Positions 55,018-64,000 of a stretch of DNA of 64,000 nt are shown here, in pieces (the stretch's first letter is position 1; each line of letters begins with the position of its first letter). The DNA comes from a candidate division FCPU426 bacterium (lineage in GTDB: Bacteria; Oederibacteriota; Muellerivitia; Muellerivitales; Muellerivitaceae): assembly GCA_963830915.1 (NCBI GenBank), contig CAWHOE010000051.1, positions 96,001 to 160,000 of the forward strand, in the 5' to 3' direction. Under the pieces are notes generated by a model. The model saw nothing but the letters and a program-made list of their open reading frames with translations, had not been told where the DNA came from and did not search any database. The position numbers and the translations under genes were made by a program.

Positions 55018-55416
55018 TTACCACATAACCATTTCTAAAGTTTTTCCCTGAGCAAGACCAGCCAAACGAGGAACTAAATCCATAGCCTTAACCCATGATT
55101 GTTCACTGCTCAATTTCGGATTCTCCCCACGGCAGACCTTCGCAACTTCACTAACCATATCAGAGGCTTCATCCTTGGTAATGTTTCGCATGGCTTTTTT
55201 AATTTCCTTTCGGCCTTCTACAAGACTCCTTTCCAAAGCGAAAATTTTCAGCACTTCACCCTTCATAAAATCACCCCCTTCGTTTTTAGAATTGTTATCA
55301 GTTTTCAAGCCTCCAACCTTTAGAAGGATGACCTTTGCCCCTTGATTGGCAGGATTGTGTTCCTTGTCCACGAGCGATATTTCATTGACTTCTAAATGCG
55401 TTAATTTAGTCGGCAT
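55018..55416 (-). CDS. truncated prohead-protease (XkdF/HK97-like) segment fused to a helical scaffold-like domain
   Basis: LEVNEISLVD..NPANQGAKVILLK resembles the EISLV..PAN segment of phage maturation proteases; internal SD and ATG at 55266. Confidence 0.5.
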   Translation of the reverse strand: MPTKLTHLEVNEISLVDKEHNPANQGAKVILLKVGGLKTDNNSKNEGGDFMKGEVLKIFALERSLVEGRKEIKKAMRNITKDEASDMVSEVAKVCRGENPKLSSEQSWVKAMDLVPRLAGLAQGKTLEMVMW

Positions 55417-55861
55417 GGCTCATCTCCATTGTTTTTTGATTGGCTTCTCGTCTTCTTTCGAGTTCCCGGCTTGTGGCTGAGGATTGATGAAGGGCTTCCT
55501 CAGCTTTGACCCGTAAGTCAGTGGCCTCAGCCTCGGTCTTTCGCAATTGTTCTTGTAAAGCAAGAGCCTTCTTGTCCACGGCCTTTGCCTTGGTTTCTAA
55601 TTCCTCGGCAAGTTTCCTTTGCTCGTCACGCCGTGGCAAATCAGCTTTGGCGTGTTCGAGTTCTGCTATGAGTAATTTTTCACGACCTTGGAGGGCTTCT
55701 ATTTCAACTTGGCGTTCTGCCACTTCGCCAGCAATACCCCGGCGAGTGTTCCCGGCTTGGTCGAACATAACCCGCTTTAACTCGTCAGATTTTTTCAAAG
55801 CAACTGACAAGTTGTATTGACACTTCTTTAAAAAGGTTTCGTATTTAGCGATTACAAACAT
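55406..55861 (-). CDS. coiled-coil hypothetical protein
   Basis: GGGAGG SD before ATG 55861; almost entirely heptad-like, rich in E/K/A/R. Confidence 0.65.
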   Translation of the reverse strand: MFVIAKYETFLKKCQYNLSVALKKSDELKRVMFDQAGNTRRGIAGEVAERQVEIEALQGREKLLIAELEHAKADLPRRDEQRKLAEELETKAKAVDKKALALQEQLRKTEAEATDLRVKAEEALHQSSATSRELERRREANQKTMEMSHAD

Positions 55862-55967
55862 TGACGGCCTCCCATTTAAAATTTGGACGCAATACGGCAA
55901 AGGTGCGTCGGTATTTCAATTGAATGTTTTTTAAGTTGGGAGTTTCTGGGGAACGGCCTTACATTAA

Positions 55968-56252
55968 TTATCCCTCCTTCTTTGTGAAATCAAAAATGCT
56001 TTTCCCTGATAAAACTTGTCCAAGTCTGCAAGGTTTCCAATTGAATCCTCGAAAGGTTAAATACTGTTTCGAGAATTTCCCTAACTCATTTAAACGATCC
56101 GCACACTTTTGGAGGCTTTCCCCTTTCTTCCTCCAAGGTTTGCACTTGGCCTGTATTTGTGCTGAATGTTCTTTTAACGGCCTGTTTCCTATTTCCGTCA
56201 TCATTCGCCGTGTGCGTGAACCCCAACCCGGCTTAAGCTTGTACATCTTCAT
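55968..56252 (-). CDS. stand-alone recombinase-domain-like DNA-binding protein
   Basis: GESLQKCADRLNELG...TFRGFNW...LGQVL resembles the G.SL..IA..LN..G..T.RG..W pattern of serine recombinase DNA-binding domains. Confidence 0.55.
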   Translation of the reverse strand: MKMYKLKPGWGSRTRRMMTEIGNRPLKEHSAQIQAKCKPWRKKGESLQKCADRLNELGKFSKQYLTFRGFNWKPCRLGQVLSGKSIFDFTKKEG

Positions 56253-56258
56253 TCCTCC

Positions 56259-56453
56259 TTATTTCATTAGGCTAAAAATCCTTGGCGTCTCGGCAACTAT
56301 CAAAGCGCATCTTGAACAAAGTCGGTTCTCAATGCCCCGGCTATAAAACAAACAATTGCATTTTAAGCATCTCCTTTGAGTACGTTTGTTCGTCGTGTTC
56401 TCTTTTACCTCCAAAGAATGAACCTTTTTCACCTTAGTAACCTTCGATCTCAT
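56259..56453 (-). CDS. small zinc-finger protein
   Basis: MRSKVTK...RRCLKCNCLF...NRLCSRC; start overlaps the end of terL. Confidence 0.55.
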   Translation of the reverse strand: MRSKVTKVKKVHSLEVKENTTNKRTQRRCLKCNCLFYSRGIENRLCSRCALIVAETPRIFSLMK

Positions 56454-57876
56454 GGGCAGACCTTGACCAAACACCGCCAGGGCCAACAATTGGAACCTTC
56501 TTATTTTTGAAAGTTGCTGATAGAAGAAGGGCACCGCAAGCCACGTTTGCCAAATCATCGTGGCATCTTGGAGGGTGGTCCACGCTGTCCCGTCCACCCC
56601 TAGCCGTCCTTCGTTCCAATTGTGCAAGCTCAACCAGCAAGGGCCTTAAATCAGGAAGCTCAACCTCACCCCTTGTAAACAAGGGCAAGGATTCTAGGTA
56701 AATGGCTGATTTGTTTAATTGGGAGGTCTTATAAATGATCCCTTGTTCCTTGAAGGAATCTGAACACCATGAGCCAGAGTAAGCATCCCCGGTGATTGAA
56801 TGAATCCGGTATTGCTTAAAGACCTTTGCGAAGTCTTTTACCGCTGAAGCCGGGTCAAACGGGGCTTGCATGGCCCTAACCAGATCCAGGACGTTTCGAC
56901 CGTCTTTTTCAAAATGAGAAATGCCAATAGTGAACGCATCTCCACGACCACCGGAAGGATCGGCAAAGCCAAAGTAATGAATCCCTTCTCTCGGAGGAAT
57001 TTCCAAGGGGCTTTGGCGCGTGAGGGTTGCCAATAACTCAGGGTCCAGGAAGTTTTGAATGTCGTCACGAAACAAGCCGCCATACTCGGCAGAGGCAGAA
57101 GCCGGGTCATCTTTATAGGCTTGGTCAATTTCCTTTTGATCTAATTCAGGATTCATGGTCAAGCTATCGGCTTGCCATACAAAGACCTCACTTTCATTGT
57201 TCCCAAAGTTCTCTTTGTACTTCTCGTACAAAAGGCCCTTTTTGGAGTAGGGGGAAGAAATGCCGATTAGAAGGGCACCGTGTTTTTTAGTCGTCAACAT
57301 GGAAGGCTTAACAGCCCTCAACACTTCCCGGTCAGGCGTGGCGCTTTCATCTGAACGCCAAAAGGCACATTCCTCGAATATCGCCCCAACGATTGCCGGG
57401 CCACGAATGGACCGAAAGGAATTGGCAACGATTAATATTTCTATGCCATTTGTGAGAAGGATGCTTTCTTGTGTTGTGCTTTTAATAAGAGTTTCGAGTT
57501 GGGGATGACTTCTGAGAATGGCCTCAGAATAATTGCGAACGATTTTTGCTTGGGCCTTATCGACAGCGACAACTATAAAACGGGCCGTCTCACCGGGGGC
57601 AATACAATCTGACCAATCCCTAAAAACAGAGGAGTAAACAGCAAGGGTGGAGGCAATTGCAGATTTACGGCCACGGCGTCCAACGACAATCCACGCCTCG
57701 GATATGGGCGCTGGAAAGGGAACAGTGCGACCAGTACATTTTTGAAACAATGTCGTTTCGTCATCTGTAAGGGGCACACCTGAGAGAGTTTTTAAGAATG
57801 TGCGCCACGGTTTCCAGGGCAAAGGATCACCTAACCATCCAGCAAATGGGCCATCTATCGCTTCGATAAGGTTCAT
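56434..57876 (-). CDS. terL: phage terminase large subunit
   Basis: Walker A VVGRRGRKS, Walker B AIFEECAF, ISSP coupling motif, RNase H-like FADPSGG..D and HDDLAN. Confidence 0.85.
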   Translation of the reverse strand: MNLIEAIDGPFAGWLGDPLPWKPWRTFLKTLSGVPLTDDETTLFQKCTGRTVPFPAPISEAWIVVGRRGRKSAIASTLAVYSSVFRDWSDCIAPGETARFIVVAVDKAQAKIVRNYSEAILRSHPQLETLIKSTTQESILLTNGIEILIVANSFRSIRGPAIVGAIFEECAFWRSDESATPDREVLRAVKPSMLTTKKHGALLIGISSPYSKKGLLYEKYKENFGNNESEVFVWQADSLTMNPELDQKEIDQAYKDDPASASAEYGGLFRDDIQNFLDPELLATLTRQSPLEIPPREGIHYFGFADPSGGRGDAFTIGISHFEKDGRNVLDLVRAMQAPFDPASAVKDFAKVFKQYRIHSITGDAYSGSWCSDSFKEQGIIYKTSQLNKSAIYLESLPLFTRGEVELPDLRPLLVELAQLERRTARGGRDSVDHPPRCHDDLANVACGALLLSATFKNKKVPIVGPGGVWSRSAHEIEGY

Positions 57877-57878
57877 GG

Positions 57879-58298
57879 TTATTTTTCCTTCCAGGTATTG
57901 GGATCACGCAAACGATCTAGGTTTGGTGTTACAGATTCTTTCGGATCGTTCCAATCAATGATTCCTAGATTGTTAAGAACACGGTTTAAAACGTTAGATG
58001 TTCTCACCAGCTTGTCGCCAACAGCCTTCCCACTGATCAATTCCAAGGTCAAAGTTTCGTAAGCAATGATTAGGGCACCGGCTTGGGTTATTAACGCTGA
58101 TTTAGCAGGGCCGGTTTTAAGAGGGGAAACAGCTTGTAAAGATGTGACCAAGTTTTTATAGCGCTTTGCTCCTCTAGTTCTGCCGTCACACTTAAACAAG
58201 CCCTTACCGTTTGTATTTAGGGGTTTAGGATCGGCTATTTTGCTAGGAAGCCCCACCTTATCGCTTGTTAGATTTCCTTGTTTTTCGTGGCTTTCCAT
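57879..58298 (-). CDS. putative terminase small subunit-like protein
   Basis: Lies immediately upstream of terL; basic DGRTRGAKRY N-terminus followed by helical oligomerisation-like segment. Confidence 0.5.
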   Translation of the reverse strand: MESHEKQGNLTSDKVGLPSKIADPKPLNTNGKGLFKCDGRTRGAKRYKNLVTSLQAVSPLKTGPAKSALITQAGALIIAYETLTLELISGKAVGDKLVRTSNVLNRVLNNLGIIDWNDPKESVTPNLDRLRDPNTWKEK

Positions 58299-58489
58299 TT
58301 TTGAGAATCCTTTAAAAGTTATTCGGCATTTAAGCAGTGCCAAAAAGCCGTTTAAAAACACCAGCATTCATTGCTTAAGGTGACTACCTAGTCGGTATTC
58401 ATCCTCATTTCGTTTAAGCACCCCGATCTATCGTCCAGCGCCAATGAAAAAAGACACGAACGAGGGCACGTGTGACATACCGATAAACG

Positions 58490-58608
58490 AGGGGCCAAAG
58501 GGCCAAACCATCCCCGTATTTCGTATTTATATTTTTTTTATTCCTCCTTCTAAGAATTAATTGTTTACAGAGTAGAGAATACGGGACTAAATCCGCCCTT
58601 TGGCCCCT
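58490..58608. repeat. long-range inverted repeat around an AT-rich core (candidate ori or packaging site)
   Basis: aggggccaaagggc (58490-58503) / gccctttggcccct (58595-58608), with nested cccgtatt / aatacggg. Confidence 0.6.
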
Positions 58609-60830
58609 TACATATTGGGTTCAAGTTTTGTTTCTCCCACAACTTCCCGAATTCGATTAACAGCATCACCTATGGAATTATCGAGTTCCCATTTGAGCGC
58701 TTCATTGAAAATGATGTATTGGCGCTCCCCATTTAGTTTTATGCGATCAACCCAAACATGAATTCCATTGATCTTCTTCATCACTTTTCGTAGAGAGTCA
58801 TCAGAATCAAAAACTTTACCCTGAACAGCATCCCGTACATTTCTTGAAATGGTTTTCATTCCTAATGCTGATGGTTTTTCCAAATCAGCTAATTTTTCAG
58901 CAATCACTTGCGCTTCCTTTTGAGCATCTGAAAGTGAATCCTCCACAAGTTTCTTTTTCTTTTCAGTCATTGGTGCACGATCCCCACGCTTTAGGTAGTG
59001 TTCAGATGGAAAGTCATCAGCCCATTTTTTAATAATTCCAAGGCCTCCTGATTCGAGCCAATTATGGAATTCTATAAATCTTTCTTTGGGCCATCGTTCC
59101 TCGGTGACTTCTGGATAAAACCACCGCCGATCATCCTCTTCCATCTTTAAAGGTGTTTTTGAATTTGAACAGGCGACGATATGCACCCAATTTTGTACTG
59201 TGTATTCTTTTTCATACTTGATGTTGATGGTCACTTCTTTATCTGTTATGAATTCTTTTAGTTTGTTATATGTTTTCCAAGAATGCCCTTGATAAATCTC
59301 GCTCACTACCGCAAGACGTTTTTCCCCAGCCCAAGAATTGAAGTCACCGGAAATTTGACTTTCATTTGGAAATGAAGCGTTATGTTTCCCAACCAAAGGA
59401 GCCAAGATATTTTGACCAAGAGTAGTTTTACCAATCCCGGTAGCTTCACTTACAAGCAAAAGTCCGTATTCTATGCGCCTGTCAGGTCGTGCAATTAACG
59501 TTGCACACCAACGCTCAACCTCTTTCCTTTCCCCTTCATTTGGAAACATATAGGTCAAGAAATCGAGGAACGGTTTTGGATTTCCTTCTGATGGTTTAAT
59601 AGAAGATGGAATGTGACGGTTGATGGACGGTTTGCCATCATCCATAACAATTGTTTCCTTGAGATCGGGCCGATAACAAATACCGTAGGTTTTCCCTTTT
59701 GTGTATTCGTTATCAAACAGCCTTGCGGTATTGTCAGCATTAGAAAATGCGGCCACTTCTTTATTAAATCGCCGTGAATCAAATTTCAATTTTGGATATT
59801 CAATACAAACATATGCATCGGCATCTCCGACATATGCCCAAAGACCTTTGGCGTGTTGTCGAAGAGTAATTTCTGGACGACCTTTTTTATCTGCATGCTT
59901 GAGGTCGGTTAACCATGTGGCAGGATGAACACAATCGGAAAATGTCGGGCCGATGTAATAATCCTGGTCATTGATTTGTTTGAACATCTTTTTAGGAAAT
60001 TCATCTCCAAGGTCAAAAGAGGCTGGCCAATCTTGGGTGAAAAGGATGTTAAAGGTCGGGACGTTAAGGTGTTTTGCAATCTTTGGAACGGCTGATCGCC
60101 CTTCGTCATCATTATCGCTAACTATATAAATTCTAGTTATTCCTAGGCCCTTAAGAACTGACCAGTCAGTCCTATGAGGGTTGGGGGCACCGCCCACCCA
60201 CGACAGGTGAGTTGCTCCTGATAATTCTCTGCCCCACGGATGCTTTGAAAGTTTATCTTTTTGGTCAGTGGTTTGTGCCTCGATCATTCGTTGAATAGTT
60301 CTTGCTGATTTAACCCCCTCGTGTAAAAAAATTGTCGTATTGTCCTTTATCTTTTCGAGACCCCACAGTGGAAGTTTTTCTGGTTCGACATCTTTACGCC
60401 ATTGGTCATCGCTCCAATAAGTCCAAGTTGAAAAACCTTTATGTCCATCCTTGCCGACCCATCGGACTTGAAGCATGACAATCTGATTTTCAATATCTCT
60501 AAATTGATAAAGGTTTTCTGGGTCTATTGTTTTTAATTCTTCTGGTAAGTTGGAAAGATTGGGAAGTTTTTTTAGGGTGGGAAATTTAGCGTTTTTTATT
60601 TCTATTTTTATTTCTACTAATTCTTCTGGGGTAGGTTCCAAGTCTTTATTAGATGGCGTGACAGATACGCCTTCATCCGTGAATTTAATTGTGTACTTGT
60701 CTTTCCAATAAGAGCCGGTTTTTTCCTTTTGGACTGCTTTCCTCATGGATCGGAATTCTGCCCCACCGATCCTTTCAAAATACTTCTTAATGATAGGTGA
60801 ATTGGCTAATGGGAAATCTGGAATGGTCAC
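58608..60830 (-). CDS. Toprim primase fused to SF3 (D5-like) helicase
   Basis: FLHEGVKSA and IVSDNDDEG (Toprim); GIGKTT Walker A, VVSE Walker B and CSN motif C. Confidence 0.85.
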   Translation of the reverse strand: MTIPDFPLANSPIIKKYFERIGGAEFRSMRKAVQKEKTGSYWKDKYTIKFTDEGVSVTPSNKDLEPTPEELVEIKIEIKNAKFPTLKKLPNLSNLPEELKTIDPENLYQFRDIENQIVMLQVRWVGKDGHKGFSTWTYWSDDQWRKDVEPEKLPLWGLEKIKDNTTIFLHEGVKSARTIQRMIEAQTTDQKDKLSKHPWGRELSGATHLSWVGGAPNPHRTDWSVLKGLGITRIYIVSDNDDEGRSAVPKIAKHLNVPTFNILFTQDWPASFDLGDEFPKKMFKQINDQDYYIGPTFSDCVHPATWLTDLKHADKKGRPEITLRQHAKGLWAYVGDADAYVCIEYPKLKFDSRRFNKEVAAFSNADNTARLFDNEYTKGKTYGICYRPDLKETIVMDDGKPSINRHIPSSIKPSEGNPKPFLDFLTYMFPNEGERKEVERWCATLIARPDRRIEYGLLLVSEATGIGKTTLGQNILAPLVGKHNASFPNESQISGDFNSWAGEKRLAVVSEIYQGHSWKTYNKLKEFITDKEVTINIKYEKEYTVQNWVHIVACSNSKTPLKMEEDDRRWFYPEVTEERWPKERFIEFHNWLESGGLGIIKKWADDFPSEHYLKRGDRAPMTEKKKKLVEDSLSDAQKEAQVIAEKLADLEKPSALGMKTISRNVRDAVQGKVFDSDDSLRKVMKKINGIHVWVDRIKLNGERQYIIFNEALKWELDNSIGDAVNRIREVVGETKLEPNM

Positions 60831-61039
60831 ATGGCCCTCCCAATCCCTAATACTTGTCGAGCAAAAGCAATCTCGGCAAACTGGCGGTTAAGAAGGGGTT
60901 TCCAATTTTCATAATCTCTCTCGGAGGATTCACGAACCCCGTAAAGCACTAACTTTGCCTCAATTTCCTCGTCGTTAAGGAATTCAGCAATTTCCTTGTC
61001 GCTGTGCTTTATGAGATCGGGAAAATTTATCGCCCTCAT
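60827..61039 (-). CDS. hypothetical protein
   Basis: Likely starts at MRAINF, with ATGA overlap to the upstream HTH stop; its own stop overlaps the primase start. Confidence 0.55.
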   Translation of the reverse strand: MRAINFPDLIKHSDKEIAEFLNDEEIEAKLVLYGVRESSERDYENWKPLLNRQFAEIAFARQVLGIGRAM

Positions 61040-61308
61040 AGCGCATCCTTTGTAGTGCTGCGTTCGCAGGATTGAAGCCATTCAATGATCGCATCCCGGC
61101 GATAAACGATATGACGAGGGCTTTGGGCAATGTATTTAGGGCCACACCCTTTCATACGCCATGATTTGAGGGTTTGATTAGAAACCCCTAGCCAATCCTG
61201 CACAGTTTCAGGGTGAAGCAGCTCGTCTGGTTTGCCTTCAGGAGGGGTTAAGCGAATAAGCTGATGTGCACGGCGGGAAAGCTGGGGAACAACAGTACAT
61301 TTGGACAT
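61036..61308 (-). CDS. AlpA/excisionase-like helix-turn-helix protein
   Basis: ELLHPETVQDWLGVSNQTLKSWRMKGCGPKY...IVYRRDAIIEWL. Confidence 0.85.
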   Translation of the reverse strand: MSKCTVVPQLSRRAHQLIRLTPPEGKPDELLHPETVQDWLGVSNQTLKSWRMKGCGPKYIAQSPRHIVYRRDAIIEWLQSCERSTTKDAL

Positions 61309-61515
61309 AAAAAACGCCTCCAACTTAGAATCCGAAAGTGGTATTGCGCTTCGTGATTAGTAAGTTGGAGACGTAAGTTGAAAACGTTCGGCTGTTTTTA
61401 CCCGACAATAATTATATACTCCTCCTGATCCCCCTCGTAAAGGTAATTCGTAAAATAATATTTCCAAAAGCGTTACGATCCTTTATGAATATTTTTTTAT
61501 ATAAAAAAAATAAGA

Positions 61516-62943
61516 TTATCGGACCACCTGGAGTGTTTTTCTTTCAATATTAACCCCGGCATATTCCAGAATCTTATTTGTAACCAATTGGGCTGGTTCA
61601 CGAAGGTTTTCAACTCCGATATGGGTATAACTGCTCGTAACATCCCCTTGGAAAGCATGACCAACGAGGGCCTTTTTCTTTATGGCGCTGATTGGGCAAT
61701 TTTCGCTGATTGTTAAAAAAGTATGACGTAAGGCATGGGGATTAACCCTTACACCAGACCGCTTCCAAACATGCTCAAGACCCCGGCCCGGTGTCTTGAA
61801 ATGCGTTCCTTTCTTTTCGCCGGGGAATACATAATCACCATCTAACCCACGGGCCTTCCTGGAGGCTAATAGATCGAAGACAAAATCACTCATGGGGAGA
61901 TTCAAACATTTACGCCCTTTTGTTTCTGTAGCAGACCGGCGAATGATCTTGGCGGTTAGTTCTACTTGGCTCCATCGTAAGGAAAGGACATCATTCGCAC
62001 GCAAACCAGTGAATAAGGAAAGGAGGATATAGTCACGGGACGTTCGTCCGATAATATATTCACCTTTAGCGTTTTTCGAGTTGACCTCTGCAAAGAACTT
62101 TGGCAAATCATCTGAGGAAATGAATCGCTCACGAGAGCCAACCCTTGGAATTTTCTTTTTAAAATTCTCAGAATCCCATTTCGGGATTTCAGGGCAAATA
62201 CAAGCTGCATATTTCCACATAGTACGGAGAACACGGAAGGAGCCGTTGGCTGATGAGTTACCGGCAGGGGATATAAAAATATCGCTTGGGGTTTGGCCCT
62301 TGGCTTGGAGTGATTCATCCATTTCTTGGCGGTTGGCGGCCACTTGGTTTCGGATTGCCTGAATACGTCCCAAAATATCGTTTGGAGTGATTGTTGTTAA
62401 TTTCCTATCTAACCATTCAGGGAAAAATTTGTTGATGGCCTTTCTGTATCCTTCACGTGTTCGTTCCGAGAGATTGGGGAAGGTTGAACAATATCCCTCA
62501 AGGGCTTCTCGAAGTGTCATGTTGTCGGTGTGATTTTTAGGATTGAATCCCCGGCGAACATCTTGACGCTTGAGGCTGGCTTCGTCACGTGCGATTTCAA
62601 CCGGGTTAATTTGCGACAATAACTTTATTTTGGAGGCGTGGGCTCTGGATTTCTTTACCGGATCATCTTGGGCTTTTGCTTCCTCAAGTTCAGCCTCCAC
62701 TTGGGATAGTTCTTCCTTAGCCCTTTTGGACTTTGCTTTGTAAGCATCCCATGTTCCGAGAGTAACACGGACAGCTTTCCCGTCTACCGTTGCTTGGACG
62801 ATGATACTTTTGACGGTTGTTTTTCCGCTGACTAGAATCCCGAAACCTACCTGATCCTGATCCCAATAAATCTTTTGTTTCCCGGTTGGGTCTGGGGCTT
62901 CTAAACTCTCGATGGATTTTTCCGAAAAACTGATCTTTTTCAT
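61516..62943 (-). CDS. int: tyrosine recombinase/integrase with N-terminal arm-binding domain
   Basis: IYWDQDQVGFGI arm-binding domain; catalytic LFTGLR, PHALRHT, LVGH and SSYTH; adjacent to attR. Confidence 0.93.
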   Translation of the reverse strand: MKKISFSEKSIESLEAPDPTGKQKIYWDQDQVGFGILVSGKTTVKSIIVQATVDGKAVRVTLGTWDAYKAKSKRAKEELSQVEAELEEAKAQDDPVKKSRAHASKIKLLSQINPVEIARDEASLKRQDVRRGFNPKNHTDNMTLREALEGYCSTFPNLSERTREGYRKAINKFFPEWLDRKLTTITPNDILGRIQAIRNQVAANRQEMDESLQAKGQTPSDIFISPAGNSSANGSFRVLRTMWKYAACICPEIPKWDSENFKKKIPRVGSRERFISSDDLPKFFAEVNSKNAKGEYIIGRTSRDYILLSLFTGLRANDVLSLRWSQVELTAKIIRRSATETKGRKCLNLPMSDFVFDLLASRKARGLDGDYVFPGEKKGTHFKTPGRGLEHVWKRSGVRVNPHALRHTFLTISENCPISAIKKKALVGHAFQGDVTSSYTHIGVENLREPAQLVTNKILEYAGVNIERKTLQVVR

Positions 62944-63121
62944 ACTTCCTCCGAATAACTTTTATTGGGGTGAAAATTATTTACCCCTACGAAGGAAGTA
63001 TATTGTCTAACGTTCTAAAAGTATCTATAAAGCACAAAAAATGTCATTGAAAAGTAAATTTATAGGTTATTTAGGTTTATAAATAAACTATAAGGAAGTC
63101 TAAATAAACGATTCACATCGG

Positions 63122-63170
63122 GCCTTCTAAGCAGTGGGTCACCGGTTCGAATCCGGTCAGGCGCACCATT
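63122..63170 (+). repeat. attR, duplicated 3' part of tRNA-Arg
   Basis: Identical to 53252-53300; lacks the 5' half of the tRNA. Confidence 0.95.
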
Positions 63171-63525
63171 CATCATTATGAAAAAATTAGACTGGTAATT
63201 TCGTCGGCCCAAACAATGATTGAACTGTCAAAACGCTTATTTTGGTGAATTTGACAAATTCTTGCTTTGGTCATAAATGATAACTGCAATCGTTTCCAGA
63301 AAACTAAGCGTTTCACACTAAATAAACCTTTACAATTCCAGGACATACTTTTAAACTTTTAAAGCTTTTCTCCAGAAATCGTTTCCGGATTGATTGAGAA
63401 ATGCGGCCTATCTTGGGGTTGATCGCTTTAGTGGGACTTTGGGAATTCCATTTTTAATCATAAAGCCAAATCGAGAAGAGGCTAGATTCCGATTCCCGAT
63501 TTGATGTTATGTAACGGAAATTGAT

Positions 63526-63603
63526 GGTGGGAGTAGCTCAATTGGTTAGAGCGCTTGGCTGTGGCCCAGGAGGCTGCGGGTTCAAGTCCCGTCTCTCACC
63601 CCA
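63526..63603 (+). tRNA. tRNA-His (GTG)
   Basis: G-1, CTTGG-CT-GTG-GC-CCAGG anticodon arm, C discriminator plus CCA. Confidence 0.93.
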
Positions 63604-63654
63604 TTATTGGTAGTAGTATTTGCAGAATTCTTGGGTTGGATCGGTTGGGAGGAT

Positions 63655-63731
63655 GCGCCTGTAGCTCAGTTGGATAGAGCGACAGATTCCGGATCTGTAG
63701 GTCAGAGGTTCGAGCCCTCTCAGGCGTACCA
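63655..63731 (+). tRNA. tRNA-Arg (CCG)
   Basis: ACAGA-TT-CCG-GA-TCTGT anticodon arm, CCA end. Confidence 0.94.
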
Positions 63732-63741
63732 TAATTAAATT

Positions 63742-63817
<76 letters not shown>

Positions 63818-63912
63818 TTTTTCCTAATTCCATGTTCCTTTGGAAATGTATTTTCCCTTTTATCGCAGTTTCTAGTCGATTCAAGTATGGGATTTTGCAG
63901 GAGAATTCAAAC

Positions 63913-64000
63913 ATGGCTCAAATGGGTTCTACAAAGGAATACAAAAAGCCATTTGTGTCCATCATTATTCCCGTTTGTAATGCAGAGAGAACGATAGAAG
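63913..64000 (+). CDS. 3'-truncated glycosyltransferase family 2
   Basis: GGAG SD; MAQMGSTKEYKKPFVSIIIPVCNAERTIE matches the GT2 N-terminus. Confidence 0.75.
   Translation, partial: MAQMGSTKEYKKPFVSIIIPVCNAERTIE

Noticed and set aside
54809..55024. 71-aa minus-strand ORF over the hairpin array
   Set aside because: No recognisable motif or clear SD; the secondary structure explains the sequence better, though coding is not fully excluded
63122..63170. Apparent second tRNA-Arg(TCT)
   Set aside because: It lacks the 5' acceptor strand and D arm; it is the attR duplication

Overview
Chromosomal window from a diderm (LPS-making) bacterium. It holds a lipid A/LPS cluster (skp-lpxD-lpxC/fabZ-lpxA-lpxI, lptFG), a LytS/LytTR pair, and a SprA-like giant outer-membrane barrel next to a 1570-aa FN3-repeat protein with a T9SS/FlgD-type C-terminal domain. 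It continues with comF, gap-nfeD-SPFH-pgk-tpiA-secG, two LacI regulators, lnt, argC, a CBM9-linked clan GH-A glycoside hydrolase, a lipoprotein with three CBM-like modules behind a sigma54 promoter, uvrBC, an NtrBC-like pair, rph-rdgB and six tRNAs. The most unusual part is a 9.87-kb element integrated in tRNA-Arg(TCT), bounded by 49-bp att repeats at 53252-53300 and 63122-63170. It is organised like a phage satellite (integrase, AlpA-like HTH, Toprim/SF3 primase-helicase) and carries a large terminase and a probable small terminase, but no recognisable capsid, portal or tail genes. It also has a truncated prohead-protease/scaffold-like gene and, right after the late genes, about 250 nt of abutting hairpins with related loops (candidate structured RNA). 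Four single-base frameshifts (lpxD, sprA-like, nfeD, glycoside hydrolase) look like long-read consensus errors. All family assignments come from recognising motifs by eye; no database search was run.
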